From IMG/VR virus record IMGVR_UViG_2521172717_000006: a DNA stretch of 41,265 nucleotides. One strand, 5' to 3'. Both the position numbers and the translations under genes were made by a program. Source of the DNA: a virus. Taxonomy: Duplodnaviria; Heunggongvirae; Uroviricota; Caudoviricetes. A model generated the notes under the pieces. The model saw only the letters and a program-made list of their open reading frames with translations. It was not told where the DNA came from and did no database searches. Positions 39,577-41,265 of this stretch are shown here, piece by piece. How positions within the stretch are numbered: position 1 is the stretch's first letter; each line of letters begins with the position of its first letter.

Positions 39577-39964
39577 GATACCCTTCAAACGAAATCTACC
39601 TTCACCCCGTAAAAGATGGGTTTGGCAGCACACTTGCCTTATATCTACTCATTTTTACTGCAACAGGTTGAAATCTCAGCACTGTCAGAAAGCGCTGATG
39701 ACTAAACAGCCCTGGGCCGGGCGATGTAACCATCACACAGAATCCTGATAGCGAAATATGGCGTGACTCGATACTTCACTCCGCAATGCATTCCTTGATG
39801 AATTCGCAGGACCGTGATACACGGGACAGGTCACTGAATGACGACAATGTCCTGGAAATCAGCGAACCGCGCATCTGAAGTACATTTGAGCGACTGTACC
39901 AGAACATGAATGAGGCGTTTGGATTAGGCGATTATTAGCAGGGCTAAGCATTTTACTATTATTA

Positions 39965-40008
39965 TTTTCCGGTTGAGGGATATAGAGCTATCGACAACAA
40001 CCGGAAAA
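39965..40008. repeat. Perfect 11-bp inverted repeat TTTTCCGGTTG ... CAACCGGAAAA with 22-nt spacer, just downstream of permease gene
   Basis: Read directly; no T-run, so not a canonical intrinsic terminator. Confidence 0.4.
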
Positions 40009-40017
40009 AGTTTACGT

Positions 40018-41265
40018 CTATATTGCTGAAGGTACAGGCGTTTCCATAACTATTTGCTCGCGTTTTTTACTCAAGAAGAAAATGCCAAATAGCAACATCA
40101 GGCAGACAATACCCGAAATTGCGAAGAAAACTGTCTGGTAGCCTGCGTGGTCAAAGAGTATCCCAGTCGGCGTTGAAAGCAGCACAATCCCAAGCGAACT
40201 GGCAATTTGAAAACCAATCAGAAAGATCGTCGACGACAGGCGCTTATCAAAGTTTGCCACGCTGTATTTGAAGACGGATATGACACAAAGTGGAACCTCA
40301 ATGGCATGTAACAACTTCACTAATGAAATAATCCAGGGGTTAACGAACAGCGCGCAGGAAAGGATACGCAACGCCATAATCACAACTCCGATAAGTAATG
40401 CATTTTTTGGCCCTACCCGATTCACAAAGAAAGGAATAATCGCCATGCACAGCGCTTCGAGTACCACCTGGAATGAGTTGAGATAACCATACAGGCGCGT
40501 TCCTACATCGTGTGATTCGAATAAACCTGAATAAAAGACAGGAAAAAGTTGTTGATCAAAAATGTTATAGAAAGACCACGTCCCCACAATAAATATGACG
40601 AAAACCCAGAAGTTTCGATCCTTGAAAACTGCGATAAAATCCTCTTTTTTTACCCCTCCCGCATCTGCCGCTACGCACTGGTGATCCTTATCTTTAAAAC
40701 GCATGTTGATCATCATAAATACAGCGCCAAATAGCGAGACCAACCAGAAGTTGATATGGGGACTGATACTAAAAAATATGCCGGCAAAGAACGCGCCAAT
40801 AGCATAGCCAAAAGATCCCCAGGCGCGCGCTGTTCCATATTCGAAATGAAAATTTCGCGCCATTTTTTCGGTGAAGCTATCAAGCAAACCGCATCCCGCC
40901 AGATACCCCAAGCCAAAAAATAGCGCCCCCAGAATTAGACCTACAGAAAAATTGCTTTGCAGTAACGGTTCATAAACGTAAATCATAAACGGTCCGGTCA
41001 AGACCAGGATGAAACTCATACACCAGATGAGCGGTTTCTTCAGACCGAGTTTATCCTGAACGATGCCGTAGAACATCATAAATAGAATGCTGGTAAACTG
41101 GTTGACCGAATAAAGTGTACCTAATTCCGTCCCTGTCAACCCTAGATGTCCTTTCAGCCAAATAGCGTATAACGACCACCACAGCGACCAGGAAATAAAA
41201 AAGAGAAATGAGTAACTGGATGCAAAACGATAGTACGCATTTCTGAATGGAATATTCAGTGCCAT
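40018..41265 (-). CDS. cscB: LacY-family oligosaccharide:H+ symporter, sucrose permease CscB-like (chromosomal)
   Basis: 415 aa; N-terminus MALNIPFRNAYYRFASSYSFLFFISWSLWWSLYAIWLKGHLGL recognised as CscB / LacY-like 12-TM permease; ORF start coincides with window end. Confidence 0.85.
   Translation of the reverse strand: MALNIPFRNAYYRFASSYSFLFFISWSLWWSLYAIWLKGHLGLTGTELGTLYSVNQFTSILFMMFYGIVQDKLGLKKPLIWCMSFILVLTGPFMIYVYEPLLQSNFSVGLILGALFFGLGYLAGCGLLDSFTEKMARNFHFEYGTARAWGSFGYAIGAFFAGIFFSISPHINFWLVSLFGAVFMMINMRFKDKDHQCVAADAGGVKKEDFIAVFKDRNFWVFVIFIVGTWSFYNIFDQQLFPVFYSGLFESHDVGTRLYGYLNSFQVVLEALCMAIIPFFVNRVGPKNALLIGVVIMALRILSCALFVNPWIISLVKLLHAIEVPLCVISVFKYSVANFDKRLSSTIFLIGFQIASSLGIVLLSTPTGILFDHAGYQTVFFAISGIVCLMLLFGIFFLSKKREQIVMETPVPSAI

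Overview
The window is almost entirely one intact-looking, mosaic lambdoid prophage of the P22/HK620/Sf6 podovirus type, running from position 1 to about 39576, followed by a chromosomal junction and a complete LacY-family sucrose permease gene (cscB-like, 40018..41265, minus strand). Gene order is: tyrosine integrase (1..1158, +); an AT-rich acyltransferase-3 membrane protein gene (O-antigen acetyltransferase-like); a tailspike with a P22-type head-binding N-terminus and a divergent receptor-binding domain; an Mnt-like repressor; P22-type ejection, tail, coat, scaffold, portal and terminase genes; a lambda-type lysis cassette (S, R, Rz/Rz1) and Q with pR'/tR'; a nin region (ninH, rusA, ybcO-like, a frameshifted Rha/KilAC antirepressor, ninE, an orphan N6-adenine methyltransferase, ninB); replication genes (O-like with iterons, DnaB-like helicase); the immunity region (cII, cro, cI, N with nutL/nutR and an OOP-like antisense RNA); a long pL operon of recombination and accessory genes; and a TorI-type excisionase at the far end from the integrase. 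A 15-nt tRNA 3'-end-like core (39562..39576) marks the probable attR. The strongest candidates for undescribed accessory or defence functions are a T5orf172-domain protein in the moron slot between Rz and the terminase genes (19744..20229), and a terminator-flanked, AT-rich island of four small genes between N and cIII (31052..32323). All calls rest on reading the six-frame translations against remembered protein families; no searches were run, and coordinates of features not in the ORF track are approximate to about 2 bp.
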